The notes under the pieces were generated by a model that was not told where the DNA came from, ran no database searches, and was given only the letters and a program-made list of their open reading frames with translations. DNA of 64,000 bases. Source: Bacillota bacterium. GTDB taxonomy: Bacteria; Bacillota; Dethiobacteria; DTU022. Both the position numbers and the translations under genes were made by a program. The stretch's first letter is position 1. Every line of letters begins with the position of its first letter. The stretch covers positions 23,175-87,174 of the forward strand of contig JBFMGD010000005.1 in the NCBI GenBank assembly GCA_040751775.1, in the 5' to 3' direction. This document shows, piece by piece, positions 18,067-28,017 of the stretch.

Positions 18067-18963
18067 ATGTCATCTCTTGCCTGGCGTAAAGACGGGTTAG
18101 TTCTTTTCAAGAAAAACATGGCCTCCTTCTGGGGCATCTATCGCCGCAATTCAATGGGCTTGATCGGCCTGGCGATACTGCTTCTCTTTGCCCTGATGGC
18201 CCTGGTCGGGCCTCACCTGGTCACCTATACCAGCGCGGTTGAAGGGGTAGAGAAGATGCTGCTGCCTCCGGGCGGCCGGCATTGGTTGGGTACCGACGAC
18301 CTGGGCAAAGATGTTTTCGCCGGGATGATTATCGGGTCCCAGGTCTCACTGCTGGTCGGAGCGGCCGCCACGGCCATCTCCATGTTCATCGGCACCGTAA
18401 TCGGCCTCGCCTCCGGCTACTACGGCAAAACGGTGGATACCCTGCTCATGCGCTTCACCGACGTCTTCCTGGTGATTCCCTGGCTGCCGCTGATGCTGGT
18501 GATGGCGGCGCTGCTCGGCCCCAGCCTCGGAAATATCATCTTTGTGATCGGAATTACCAGCTGGGCGGGCACGGCGCGGATCATTCGCGCGCAGACCTTA
18601 AGCGTGAAGGAGCGTCCCTACGTGGAGCGGGCCCGGGCTATCGGTTCCGGCGATACCCATATCATGACGCACCACATTTTGCCCAACGTGTTTCCGCTTA
18701 TTTTTGCCAATACGGTCCTGGTGGCGGCTGTGGCCATTCTTTCGGAAACCACCTTGAGTTTTCTGGGGATGGGAGATCCGACCCGGGTCAGTTGGGGGAT
18801 GATGCTGCATTTTGCCTTCGAAATGGGGGCGGTCTCCCACGGCGCCTGGTGGTGGCTGCTGCCGCCGGGCATCTGCGTGGTCTTGGTCGTCCTGGGCTTT
18901 ACATTTATGGGTTACGCTCTCGATGAGGTGCTCAATCCGAAGCTGAGGAGGCGCGACCGTTGA
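18067..18963 (+). CDS. ABC transporter permease (DppC/OppC-like)
   Basis: 298 aa. It has the motif YVERARAIGSGDTHIMTHHILPN and N-terminal TM segments. Confidence 0.75.
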   Translation: MSSLAWRKDGLVLFKKNMASFWGIYRRNSMGLIGLAILLLFALMALVGPHLVTYTSAVEGVEKMLLPPGGRHWLGTDDLGKDVFAGMIIGSQVSLLVGAAATAISMFIGTVIGLASGYYGKTVDTLLMRFTDVFLVIPWLPLMLVMAALLGPSLGNIIFVIGITSWAGTARIIRAQTLSVKERPYVERARAIGSGDTHIMTHHILPNVFPLIFANTVLVAAVAILSETTLSFLGMGDPTRVSWGMMLHFAFEMGAVSHGAWWWLLPPGICVVLVVLGFTFMGYALDEVLNPKLRRRDR

Positions 18964-19928
18964 AGCTGCTCGAGGTAACTAATCTGACCACCTACTATAA
19001 ACTGCGTGAGGGTGACGTGCGGGCTTGTGAAAATATTTCCCTGGCACTGGGCCGGGGAGAAGCCCTCGGCCTGGTCGGCGAATCTGCTTCGGGCAAGACA
19101 ACCGCCGCGCTCTCCCTGGTTAAGCTGCTGCCCGACAACGCGAGCGTTAAGAGCGGCAGCATCAAGCTGGACGGGCGCGAAATTGCCGGCGCCCCGGAGG
19201 AAGAGCTGCGCCGGATTCGCTGGAAAGAGATCTCGATCATTTTCCAGGGAGCGATGAACGCCCTCAATCCGGTGCGTTCCGTGGGCGAGCAGATCGTGGA
19301 AGCGTTAAAGATACATGAGCAGGTCACGGAGAAGGAGGCCTGGCGTCAGACCCGGGCTCTCTTCGAAAAGGTGGAAATCGATCCGAAGCGGGTCAAAGAA
19401 TATCCCCATGAATTCAGCGGCGGGATGCGCCAGCGGGTGATGATCGCCATGGCCGTGGCCTGTAACCCCAAGGTGGTGATCGGCGATGAACCGACCACAG
19501 CCCTGGACGTGATGGTCCAGGCTCAGGTGCTCCAACTGCTGGAGCAGCTGCGCCGGGAACGCGAAATGGGCTTGATTTTGATCACGCATGACCTCTCCGT
19601 GGTCGGTGAAACCTGCGACCAGGTCGCGGTGATGTACGCCGGTAAAATTGTGGAGTCCGGGCCCACAGAGACGGTTTTTGGAAAACCGGCCCACCCGTAT
19701 ACCCGTGCGCTGATCGCCGCTTTCCCCGATATTGAGGGCAAGCGCTCCCTGGCCGTTTCCATACCGGGCAACCCGCCGAACCTGCTTTATCCCCCCACCG
19801 GTTGCCGCTTTCATGAGCGGTGTGCTTACGCCGCAAAGGTATGCCGGGAAGAAGAACCGCTGATGCTTCACCTGGCTGAAAAACATATCAGCGCTTGCCA
19901 TATCCTTAACGGGCGGGTGAAACATTGA
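18960..19928 (+). CDS. ABC transporter ATP-binding protein (DppD/OppD-like)
   Basis: It has Walker [10 protein letters not shown], signature FSGGMRQRV and Walker [12 protein letters not shown], plus a C-terminal oligopeptide-ATPase extension with a Cys pair. Confidence 0.8.
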   Translation: MKLLEVTNLTTYYKLREGDVRACENISLALGRGEALGLVGESASGKTTAALSLVKLLPDNASVKSGSIKLDGREIAGAPEEELRRIRWKEISIIFQGAMNALNPVRSVGEQIVEALKIHEQVTEKEAWRQTRALFEKVEIDPKRVKEYPHEFSGGMRQRVMIAMAVACNPKVVIGDEPTTALDVMVQAQVLQLLEQLRREREMGLILITHDLSVVGETCDQVAVMYAGKIVESGPTETVFGKPAHPYTRALIAAFPDIEGKRSLAVSIPGNPPNLLYPPTGCRFHERCAYAAKVCREEEPLMLHLAEKHISACHILNGRVKH

Positions 19929-20944
19929 TGAAAAACTTGGCAGCAATAGACGCAGGACCGGAAAGTCTGTTAATGATTAAAGACCTGGAGGTTCATTTTG
20001 CCGCCCGGGCCGGGCTGTTGACCGCCCTGTTCAGCAAGGCGCCGGCGGTGGTCAGGGCGGTGGACGGTATCAGTTTGACCATGGCCCAGGGTGAGATCCT
20101 CTGCCTGGCCGGCGAGTCGGGGAGCGGTAAAACGACCGCGGGAAAAGCGGTTTTGCGGCTGGTTGAACCTACCGGCGGCGAGGTTTATTTTGCCGGGGAA
20201 GATGTTCGCTCTTTCAGGCAGGCCCGGCTGCGTGCGTTTCGGCAGCAGGCGCAGATTATATTTCAGGATCCCTATGAATCGCTGAACCCGCGTCAGACAG
20301 TTTTTGCAGCTGTGGCCGAACCGCTTGAAGTCAACGGCATCTGCCGCAGCCTGGCGGAGAAAGAAGAGCGGGTTGCAGAAGCGCTTCAAGACGCGGGCCT
20401 GAGCAATCCCCGTGAACTCTTCATCCGCTACCCGCACGAACTGAGCGGCGGACAGCGTCAGCGCCTGGCCATTGCCAGCGCCCTGGTTTTAAAGCCGCGC
20501 TTTATCGTGGCCGATGAGCCCGTGTCCATGCTCGATCTCTCGATCCGGGCCGGCATCCTAAAGTTAATGGTCGACCTGCGGGAAGCCAAAACGATCAGCT
20601 ACCTGTTTATCACCCATGATCTTTCCCTGGCCTGGCAGGTATCGGACCGGATCGCGGTGATGTACCTGGGGAAAGTGGTTGAGCTCGGCAGCGCCGATCA
20701 GGTGATCAAGACACCGCTGCACCCGTATACCAGGGCGCTCGTTTCGGTGATCCCGGTGCCGCGGCGCCGCGATGCCCGGGAAAAAACGCTGCTCAAAGGC
20801 GAAACTCCCGATCCGGTCAACATTCCATCCGGCTGCCGTTTCCAACCCCGCTGCCCGCGGGTGCAGCCCCGCTGCCGCACGGAGGTTCCGCCGTACATCG
20901 AGATTGAACGAGGTCGTTATGCCGCGTGTCACTACGTGGGCTAG
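19925..20944 (+). CDS. ABC transporter ATP-binding protein (DppF/OppF-like)
   Basis: It has Walker [10 protein letters not shown] and signature LSGGQRQRL. Its start overlaps the upstream stop by 4 nt. Confidence 0.8.
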   Translation: MMKNLAAIDAGPESLLMIKDLEVHFAARAGLLTALFSKAPAVVRAVDGISLTMAQGEILCLAGESGSGKTTAGKAVLRLVEPTGGEVYFAGEDVRSFRQARLRAFRQQAQIIFQDPYESLNPRQTVFAAVAEPLEVNGICRSLAEKEERVAEALQDAGLSNPRELFIRYPHELSGGQRQRLAIASALVLKPRFIVADEPVSMLDLSIRAGILKLMVDLREAKTISYLFITHDLSLAWQVSDRIAVMYLGKVVELGSADQVIKTPLHPYTRALVSVIPVPRRRDAREKTLLKGETPDPVNIPSGCRFQPRCPRVQPRCRTEVPPYIEIERGRYAACHYVG

Positions 20945-21121
20945 TACTCTGTGAAAACTTTATTTGTATTATGGACCTGATACCCAAGAACGATTGTTTC
21001 GTCACTGAGAGCTGGAGCGACATGTGGACGAGTGGGAAGAAGTGCAGGCGAACCAAGGACTGGAGCGGACCATATGAGAAATGAGATGGATGGCGAATGT
21101 CGGGGGTAGGGGGGATATCTA

Positions 21122-24100
21122 GTGGAGAAAACTGAAATCTATATTTTATCCGTCAACAACTGGCGGCACAGCTTGATACTGGCCGCGGCGATTTTGGCCG
21201 AGCCGGACCGGGAAATCTGCCTGGTCAATCCGGCCAATATGCACGATGAAATCAGCGCCCTGGCGCTGCTGGCGTGGCGGCTGCCGGTTGAGCTGATCGA
21301 TGCCACCGGCGATCCAACCGTAAACCGCGCCCTGTGCGCCTCTCCGGAACTGCACTACAGCGGAGCGGTGTTCCAGCCGGGCGCGGCGTTTGGGGAAATT
21401 GTAACCCGCCTCGGAGCGCCCCGCGGCCTGGTGGCGGTGCCTCTGTCTTCACCCGGCCGCTGTCTCAAGGCGGCGGTGCTGGCGGTTAGGCTGGGATTCC
21501 ACCTTTGGGCGGTTGACCCAGATCCGGAGGATTGGCTGCAGACAGCCGCCGCCGGGTTCGCGGTGCCGGGCCAGGTTTTGTGGCTCGGGCCGGAAAGCGA
21601 GCGGCAGCTTTTGCCCGGCGCGGCTCCGTTTGACCGGACCGAGTTCCTGCCTGATGACGCTGCTGTTTTAAACTTCCTGGAAAGGCAAGGGCTGCGCACG
21701 GATTACCTGTTGATCTATAACTCGGCCGATATGTTTAAAGAAAAAACGGGTTCCTCCATACGCGCTCTCTGGGTGAAGGGTACCAGCCTGCAGGCCGTGC
21801 TATGCGCCTCTTACAGGGATCTCTATCCCTTCGATGCCGCTACCCCTGACCCGGATCCCGCTGTGGTCGAAGCGGCGGTCAACGCCCTGGTCCGGGATAA
21901 CGGTATGCGCCCGCGGTTCCAGGCTGTCCTGGCGGCCCCAGGAGCGCTGCCATTTTTCTATGAAGAGATTACGGCGCTGGACAGCGTAACCGAGGAGATG
22001 GTGCGTGATATCCACGTCTGCCTGGATGATGACCTCTTTTTCGACCTCGCCGAGGGACGGCTGTTCCAAAACAGCGCCGCCGGCCTTTCCGTGCAGCTGC
22101 TTACCACCAAGCATTACCGGCGTGCCGCCGGCCGGGGCCGGGAAGTGCTGCTGGTAAACACCCCCTTCGTGGAGAGCGGGATTATCTTCGCGAGCGATAA
22201 TCCACTCATGAAATGCCAGCTGGAACCGTTATTGAAACAGGCGGGTTGCAACACGACTGTCTGGACGGAAAAAGAGGTCAGTTACCGGAACGTCGCGGAG
22301 GGGCTGACCAGGTCCGATTTCTTTCTTTATACCGGGCACGGCGGGCCGGAATCGCTGCATACGTACGGCCGTTACCTGACCCGGGAGCACCTGCCGCCGC
22401 TGCCGCCGCTGGTTGCTTACGCTTCAGCTTGCTCCACGGTGCCGGTCAGCCCGCACTGGTACTCGCCGAACGAAGGGCTCGACTGGGAAGGCATCCCTGT
22501 TGATTCAAGGCAGGTGATCGGCCTTTCATTCGTGGAAAAAGGGGCGGTCTGTTTTGTTGGCGGGGCCACGGTCGAAGATTTGCAGTACAGCACCGCCATT
22601 TACGGCATCTTTATGGAAGCGCTTTTGATCAAAGGCCTCAGCGTGGGGGAGGCGGTCCAGGCCACCCGCCGCTATACCGCCCTGCTGGCTTCGATCCTGC
22701 AGCAGAAAGCGCCTCAAGCCTATCGCAACTATGTTTGGGGAATGGCCAACACCATTCACCAGCAGGTTCTGCTCGGTGACCCGGCCCTGGTGCCGGCCGG
22801 GGAAAAATATACGGCCGCGGCGCTGCCGCAAGATACCGCCGTCGTGCGCGCCGGCTCTGAGTATACCCTGTGCGTGACCGTGCCGCCGGAGCGCTGGCTA
22901 AAGCACAGCGCCGCCGTAAACCAGCGGGACGCCTCCAAGTACTATTATCGCTGCCGCAAACTTACGGTATTTTCGCCATACGGTGAGGATATCATCAGCT
23001 GGGGCGATTATTATCACCTCGCTTTTGACGCCGCGGGGATCAGTGAAACGGCGGTCATGTCGAGTTATTTGCATCTTACTTTTGACCTGCCGCCGGGCGA
23101 GGCGCCCCTGGGGCTTTCCGTAGAGGGGGCCTCCCTGGGACCGTGGGAGTGCCTCTTATGCGGCAAACCGGTTGAACCGCCCCGCGCGGATACGGCGGCG
23201 CTGGCCCGGTTTAAAGTACCTTACCTGATGCAGCCGCCCCTGGAGCTGGATATGCGCGACAGCTGGGCCTTTTCCGTTGAGCAGCTGGAGGGCCGCCTGC
23301 GGCTTCACTGGCTGGTGCCTCTTTTGTTGATCGATGAGGCTTCGCGCTCCGCCGCCCCGCTGCGGGAAGCGACATTCCGGATTAAAACTGCGCCCCGTAA
23401 AATGATTACGGGCAGGGTCCTTTCCCTTGATCCGCTGAAGAACGGCAGCTACCTGGTATGCGCCGGCACTGCGAAGTCCACCGGCGCCGTCAATAATCAC
23501 GCCGGCCGGCCGGAAGAGGCGGACGAGGAAATTACCGTCCTGGCACAGTCCTTAACCGGTTCCGGCGGCGCCTTCACCTTGCAGTGCCCCGCCGGGACCG
23601 CCGCCGTAACAGTTGATCGGCAGTTTCCCTTGTACGAAATGCCGGAGCGCTACAGTTCTTTCCGTAAACAGCGTTGGGAGGATAAAGGAGAACCGCTCTC
23701 AATTAAACTGCAGGAGGCGCCGCCCGGGAAGGTCAGGATTCTCCTGCTTGATTCGCGCACGGGGCGGCCGCTGAGCGGCGGGCTGGTCCGCGCGTGGCGC
23801 GGTGAAATCAATCCCGTGGGCGACCCCCTGGTGGAAGCTTTCGCCGGCGGATCTGCCGCCGGCGAAGCTGGCGAGATCATCTTAGAGCTTCCCGCCGGCA
23901 AATACATCCTTTATGCCGCCGCCTGCACGGCCGGCCGGCGCTACAAGTCGCGGCGCTGGACACTGGAACTGGAGGCGCCTGGTGCCGAGCTTTTCCGGGT
24001 ATTATCGCTGGATGCCGCGGCCGTGGTCCGGGGCAGGCTGTCATTTGCCGGTACCGCGCCGCCTTACCCGGCGGTGGTCGCGCTTAAAAAATATCCGCAA

Positions 24101-24313
24101 AAGAAGGGTGCTGAAAAGCTGGCCCAGGCCCCTGTAAAACGCGACGGCGGTTACGAGTGCCTGGTCGGTTTCCAGGACCGCTTCAGCATAGCCATAGAAG
24201 AAGAGGGCTGGCGGGAGATTCACGACACCAACGACGGCCGCGGTTACAAACTCGAACCGGGTGAAATCCTGGAAAGGGAATATACTTTATACGAGGTAAA
24301 AGATGATGCATGA
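21122..24313 (+). CDS. Large multidomain protein with a clan-CD cysteine-peptidase-like His/Cys dyad (gingipain/C25-like), function unknown
   Basis: 1063 aa with a GTG start. A hydrophobic block ends in LYTGHGG, and about 33 aa later a second block ends in VAYASACST, the hallmark arrangement of clan CD peptidases. There is no obvious signal peptide. The C-terminal third has beta-rich repeats. Its stop overlaps the start of the M20 gene. Confidence 0.4.
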   Translation: MEKTEIYILSVNNWRHSLILAAAILAEPDREICLVNPANMHDEISALALLAWRLPVELIDATGDPTVNRALCASPELHYSGAVFQPGAAFGEIVTRLGAPRGLVAVPLSSPGRCLKAAVLAVRLGFHLWAVDPDPEDWLQTAAAGFAVPGQVLWLGPESERQLLPGAAPFDRTEFLPDDAAVLNFLERQGLRTDYLLIYNSADMFKEKTGSSIRALWVKGTSLQAVLCASYRDLYPFDAATPDPDPAVVEAAVNALVRDNGMRPRFQAVLAAPGALPFFYEEITALDSVTEEMVRDIHVCLDDDLFFDLAEGRLFQNSAAGLSVQLLTTKHYRRAAGRGREVLLVNTPFVESGIIFASDNPLMKCQLEPLLKQAGCNTTVWTEKEVSYRNVAEGLTRSDFFLYTGHGGPESLHTYGRYLTREHLPPLPPLVAYASACSTVPVSPHWYSPNEGLDWEGIPVDSRQVIGLSFVEKGAVCFVGGATVEDLQYSTAIYGIFMEALLIKGLSVGEAVQATRRYTALLASILQQKAPQAYRNYVWGMANTIHQQVLLGDPALVPAGEKYTAAALPQDTAVVRAGSEYTLCVTVPPERWLKHSAAVNQRDASKYYYRCRKLTVFSPYGEDIISWGDYYHLAFDAAGISETAVMSSYLHLTFDLPPGEAPLGLSVEGASLGPWECLLCGKPVEPPRADTAALARFKVPYLMQPPLELDMRDSWAFSVEQLEGRLRLHWLVPLLLIDEASRSAAPLREATFRIKTAPRKMITGRVLSLDPLKNGSYLVCAGTAKSTGAVNNHAGRPEEADEEITVLAQSLTGSGGAFTLQCPAGTAAVTVDRQFPLYEMPERYSSFRKQRWEDKGEPLSIKLQEAPPGKVRILLLDSRTGRPLSGGLVRAWRGEINPVGDPLVEAFAGGSAAGEAGEIILELPAGKYILYAAACTAGRRYKSRRWTLELEAPGAELFRVLSLDAAAVVRGRLSFAGTAPPYPAVVALKKYPQKKGAEKLAQAPVKRDGGYECLVGFQDRFSIAIEEEGWREIHDTNDGRGYKLEPGEILEREYTLYEVKDDA

Positions 24314-25484
24314 AACAACTATAATTGACCGGATTATCAAGCAGGAAACCGGGGCGTTGACCGGTTTGGCCGGCGCCTTGCACCGGAATCCCGAGCTGGG
24401 CGGCCGGGAGCACTATGCCGCCGCAATTTTAAGCGACTACTTGGAGTCAAAAGGGTTTGCCGTAACCCGGGGAGCGGCCGGCCTGGAAACGGCTTTTATC
24501 GCTCGATCCGGCCGGGGAGAGGGCGGCTTTCATGTCGCTTTTTGCGCTGAATACGATGCCCTGCCGGAAATCGGCCACGGTTGCGGTCACAACCTGATCG
24601 GTACGGCTGCCGTCGCTGCCGGTGTAGCCCTGGCCGGCAGCCTGGCAGAGTTGGCTATAACCGGTACGGTCTCCGTGATCGGCACTCCCAATGAAGAAAT
24701 AGAAGGAGGAAAGGTCGACCTGATCCGGGCCGGTATTTTCGACGGGGTGGATACGGCGATGATGTTTCACCCCGGCTGCGGCAACAAGATCGACGTGACA
24801 TCTCTGGCCTGCCGTGATTTTCATTTTATCTTTCACGGTCGAAACGCGCACGCCGCCTGTGATCCCTGGGAAGGGCGCAACGCCCTGGACGGCGTGATCA
24901 TGACATTCACCGGGATCAACGCGTTGCGGCAGCATCTTAAGGACGATGTGCGCGTGCACGGCATCATCACCGAAGGGGGTTTGGCCGGCAACATCATCCC
25001 CGATCGGGCTGTCGCGCAAATCTGCGTTCGCTCAAAAGATAACCGCTACCTGGCGGAAGTGGTGGAGCGGGTGAAGAACTGTGCCCGGGGAGCGGCCCTG
25101 GCCTCGGGAACAGAACTGGAAATTCTGGAGTCGCCTTACCCGTATGATGCCATGGTCAGCAACCGGCTTCTCGGTGAAGTGTTTCGCGAGAGCCTGGCTG
25201 AAAGCGGCCCGATTATCGATTCGCCGCACAATGAAGGTATGGGCTCGATTGATATGGGCAACGTCAGCCGGGTAGTGCCCGCGATTCACCCCGTTTTGGC
25301 GGTGACCGACCGGTTGGTGTCCGGCCACACGGCGGAGTTTGCCGGCATCTGCGGCAGCGAACCGGCTTACGCGGTCGCGCTGGCCGCCGGCCAAGCGATG
25401 GCGCTGACCGGCTTGAAGGTGATACGCGATCCGGCTTTGCAGGAGCGGATCAAGGCTGAATTCAAAGCCGCCGCCGGCAGTTAA
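24303..25484 (+). CDS. M20D-family amidohydrolase (AbgB/hippurate hydrolase-like)
   Basis: 393 aa. It has the metal-binding motif HGCGHNLIGTAAVAAG, and its dimerisation-domain insertion is typical of M20D. Confidence 0.7.
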   Translation: MMHETTIIDRIIKQETGALTGLAGALHRNPELGGREHYAAAILSDYLESKGFAVTRGAAGLETAFIARSGRGEGGFHVAFCAEYDALPEIGHGCGHNLIGTAAVAAGVALAGSLAELAITGTVSVIGTPNEEIEGGKVDLIRAGIFDGVDTAMMFHPGCGNKIDVTSLACRDFHFIFHGRNAHAACDPWEGRNALDGVIMTFTGINALRQHLKDDVRVHGIITEGGLAGNIIPDRAVAQICVRSKDNRYLAEVVERVKNCARGAALASGTELEILESPYPYDAMVSNRLLGEVFRESLAESGPIIDSPHNEGMGSIDMGNVSRVVPAIHPVLAVTDRLVSGHTAEFAGICGSEPAYAVALAAGQAMALTGLKVIRDPALQERIKAEFKAAAGS

Positions 25485-25485
25485 T

Positions 25486-26190
25486 CATTATTGCCCTGCT
25501 GCTGACCAGTCACCTGGACACGGTACCGCCATACGAGATGGCGGACGCGCTCCGCCCGCGTCTTGAGAACGGCTTTCTTTTTATCCCCAACAAGAAGTAC
25601 AAACTCCAGTTGGAACTGGAGCAAGCCAAAAAACGATAAAGCAGCCTTAAACGAGCTCTTGGACCGGCTCGAAGCAGAGTTGGTTTCCGGCAATCTAAAC
25701 CCGGCCCATGAAGCGCTTTACAGCAAATACTATCAGGTTAAAGAGACGCCGGTACGGGATGTCAAGCTGACCCCGAAACAAAATTCCATCAATGCTGCTG
25801 AGAAGAACTATGGTTACTTTGCGCTCATCTCCAATGATCTTAAAGATCCCTTGGAGGCTCTCCAGATCTACCGCGCTAAGGATGTAATTGAAAAAGCTTT
25901 CGGTAACTTTCAGGAAAGATTAAATATGCGCCGCACATCGGTGTCCTCTGAAGAAAACCTGGAAGGCAAGCTCTTTGTCCAGTTTATGGCGCTGATTTAT
26001 TTAGCTTATATCGACAAGGCCATGCGCGAAAACAATCTGTACAATGACTACACCTTGCCCGGCTGCCGCGTAATATTTTTAAAAATCGCTGTTCAGTAGA
26101 CCCTACCTATGTTGCCCCGGCTCTCGAACCGTCGTTGGAAGAAGAGATCGCGGCGTATATCGACGGTATAAAAAAATAGCGCTGCCGGCA
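25486..26190 (+). pseudogene. Frameshifted C-terminal remnant of an IS4/IS1634-type DDE transposase
   Basis: One frame reads ...LLTSHLDTVPPYEMADALRPRLENGFLFIPNKKYKLQLELEQAKKR* (25486-25638). A second frame continues ...AALNELLDRLEAELVSG...YRAKDVIEKAFGNFQERLNMRRTSVSSEENLEGKLFVQFMALIYLAYID (to 26099). A third short frame runs to about 26180. There is no start codon or N-terminal DDE region. Confidence 0.55.
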
Positions 26191-26242
26191 GGATTTAGCA
26201 TAAGTGAGTACAATATAATATAATAGTATGAGCGGATGAACC

Positions 26243-26475
26243 TTGTGGGAGAGGCCCTGTTTAAGGGCCGCCGAAGGAGAAACCGGCCGGTTTGGCAGCC
26301 GGAGCGGGAAACTCTCAGGCAGCAGTACCATCGGGGGACGCGCCCTCTGGAGAGCACCCGCTTAATATTAGCGGGACACCGACGGGGTAAGCCCCTGTAT
26401 TCAAAGGGGGCCAATCTCTCAGGTATCAAGGACAGGGGAAGCAGCCGGGCTGCTTTCGCTGTCCTTTCTATTTTA
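26243..26475 (+). promoter_or_regulatory. Tandem glycine riboswitch (two aptamers) with a terminator-type expression platform, upstream of gcvT
   Basis: Aptamer 1 is gggagaggccctg...gccgccgaaggagaaa...actctcaggcagcag. Aptamer 2 is ctctggagagcacccgc...gggacaccgacggggtaagccc...ctctcaggtatcaaggacagggg, matching the glycine riboswitch consensus (CTCTGGAGAG...CACCGAAGGGGCAA...CTCTCAGG...GGACAG). The stem AAGGACAG/CTGTCCTT plus tctatttt (26429-26475) forms an intrinsic terminator overlapping aptamer-2 P1. Confidence 0.8.
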
Positions 26476-26509
26476 TGTGGGCACGGAAAATAATTAAAGG
26501 AGGTGTAAG

Positions 26510-27622
26510 ATGATGGAAGCTCGCCAAACACCCCTCTATGAACAGCATATGCGCTTAAACGGCAGCATTGTCAACTATAGCGGTTGGCTCTTGCCGGTTC
26601 AATTTGCAGGAATTGTCTCTGAAGTAAACCGGGCCAGGCAAAAGGCCGTGCTCTTCGATGTATCCCACATGGGAGAGGTGACCGTGGAAGGAGCCGGCGC
26701 GGAAGCGTATTTACAAAAAATAGTAACAAATGATCTCTCACTGTTAAAAGACGGTGCGGTTATATACAGCCCGCTCTGCTATCCGGACGGCGGTACGGTG
26801 GATGACATCCTGATTTACCGCTACAATTGGGACCGGTTTTTGCTGGTGGTCAACGCCGCCAATACGGAGAAAGACTACGCCTGGTTAATGAGGCACGCCA
26901 GGAACGGGGAGAGCGTTGCTTTACACAATATTTCCGTGGAAACCGCGCAAATTGCCCTGCAAGGACCGGCCAGCCCGGCTATCTTAAGCCCGTTGACTGC
27001 GGTTCCCTTGGGCGAGCTAAAGTACCATCATTTTCTGCCGGAGGTGGAGCTGGCCGGGATCAAATGTATGGTTTCGCGGACCGGCTATACCGGGGAAGAC
27101 GGGTACGAGATTTACTGTGCCGCCGCCCAGGCGGGGATACTTTGGGACGCGGTCATGAGCGCCGGGCGCGAGCGGCTCGGTCTCGGCCCCGCCGGCCTCG
27201 GCGCCAGGGATGTCCTGCGCCTGGAAGCAGGCCTGCCGCTCTACGGTCACGAACTGTCCGCGGCGCTCTCACCCCTGATGGCCGGTTTGGACCGTTTTGT
27301 CAGCTTTAAAAAGCAGATTCCGTTCATCGGCCGGGAAGCTTTGCTGGAACAGAAGCGGGTCGGCCCGGGGAAAAAGCTGGTCGGCTTAACGGTTACGGGA
27401 CGCGGTGTGATCCGGGAAGGTTACCCCGTGCTTGCGGGAGATGCAGAGATCGGGTGGGTCAGCAGCGGCACCTATTCGCCGACCTTTGAAAAATCACTCG
27501 GCATGGCTTTCCTGACCCCGGAGAAGGCGGTTGCCGGCGAAGAGCTCCTGGTAATGATCCGCGGCCGGGCGCACCCGGTCAAAGTGGAAAAAATACCTTT
27601 ATACAGGAGGGTTAAATCATGA
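26510..27622 (+). CDS. gcvT: Glycine cleavage system T protein (aminomethyltransferase)
   Basis: 370 aa. RBS aggaggtg precedes the ATG. It shows GcvT-family similarity throughout (FDVSHMGEV, GYTGEDGYE) and is the first gene after the glycine riboswitch. Confidence 0.9.
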   Translation: MMEARQTPLYEQHMRLNGSIVNYSGWLLPVQFAGIVSEVNRARQKAVLFDVSHMGEVTVEGAGAEAYLQKIVTNDLSLLKDGAVIYSPLCYPDGGTVDDILIYRYNWDRFLLVVNAANTEKDYAWLMRHARNGESVALHNISVETAQIALQGPASPAILSPLTAVPLGELKYHHFLPEVELAGIKCMVSRTGYTGEDGYEIYCAAAQAGILWDAVMSAGRERLGLGPAGLGARDVLRLEAGLPLYGHELSAALSPLMAGLDRFVSFKKQIPFIGREALLEQKRVGPGKKLVGLTVTGRGVIREGYPVLAGDAEIGWVSSGTYSPTFEKSLGMAFLTPEKAVAGEELLVMIRGRAHPVKVEKIPLYRRVKS

Positions 27623-28017
27623 AGTGGGAAGTGCGTGAAGGTTTGCTGTACACCCCCAAGCATGAGTGGATTAAACAGGACGGCAGCGAGGTTACCTCCG
27701 GAATTACCGACTATGCCCAGGATATGCTCAAGGATATTGTCTACGTGGAGCTGCCCGAACTGGGGCGGGTTGTAAAGGCGGGAGAAAGTGTGGCCGTGAT
27801 CGAGTCCGTCAAGGCAGTTTCCGACGCCTATTCTCCGGTAGACGGCGTGATTAAGGCTGTGAACGAACTGCTCCTCGATCAACCGGAACTGCTGAATCAG
27901 GATCCGTACGGCGCAGGGTGGATCGTGAAGGTGGAAATTGCCGCCGGGTATGTCAATCCTGATTTAATGGACATGAAAGCGTACATAACCCTGCTGGAGC
28001 GGGAGGAAGAATCATGA
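27619..28017 (+). CDS. gcvH: Glycine cleavage system H protein (lipoyl carrier)
   Basis: 132 aa. It has the lipoyl-lysine motif VIESVKAVSD. Its start overlaps the gcvT stop. Confidence 0.9.
   Translation: MKWEVREGLLYTPKHEWIKQDGSEVTSGITDYAQDMLKDIVYVELPELGRVVKAGESVAVIESVKAVSDAYSPVDGVIKAVNELLLDQPELLNQDPYGAGWIVKVEIAAGYVNPDLMDMKAYITLLEREEES

Noticed and set aside
18282-18926. 214-aa alternative-frame ORF inside the DppC-like permease gene
   Set aside because: It overlaps a confidently assigned permease in the same orientation but another frame. Its Arg/Gly/Pro-rich composition is typical of off-frame GC-rich translation.
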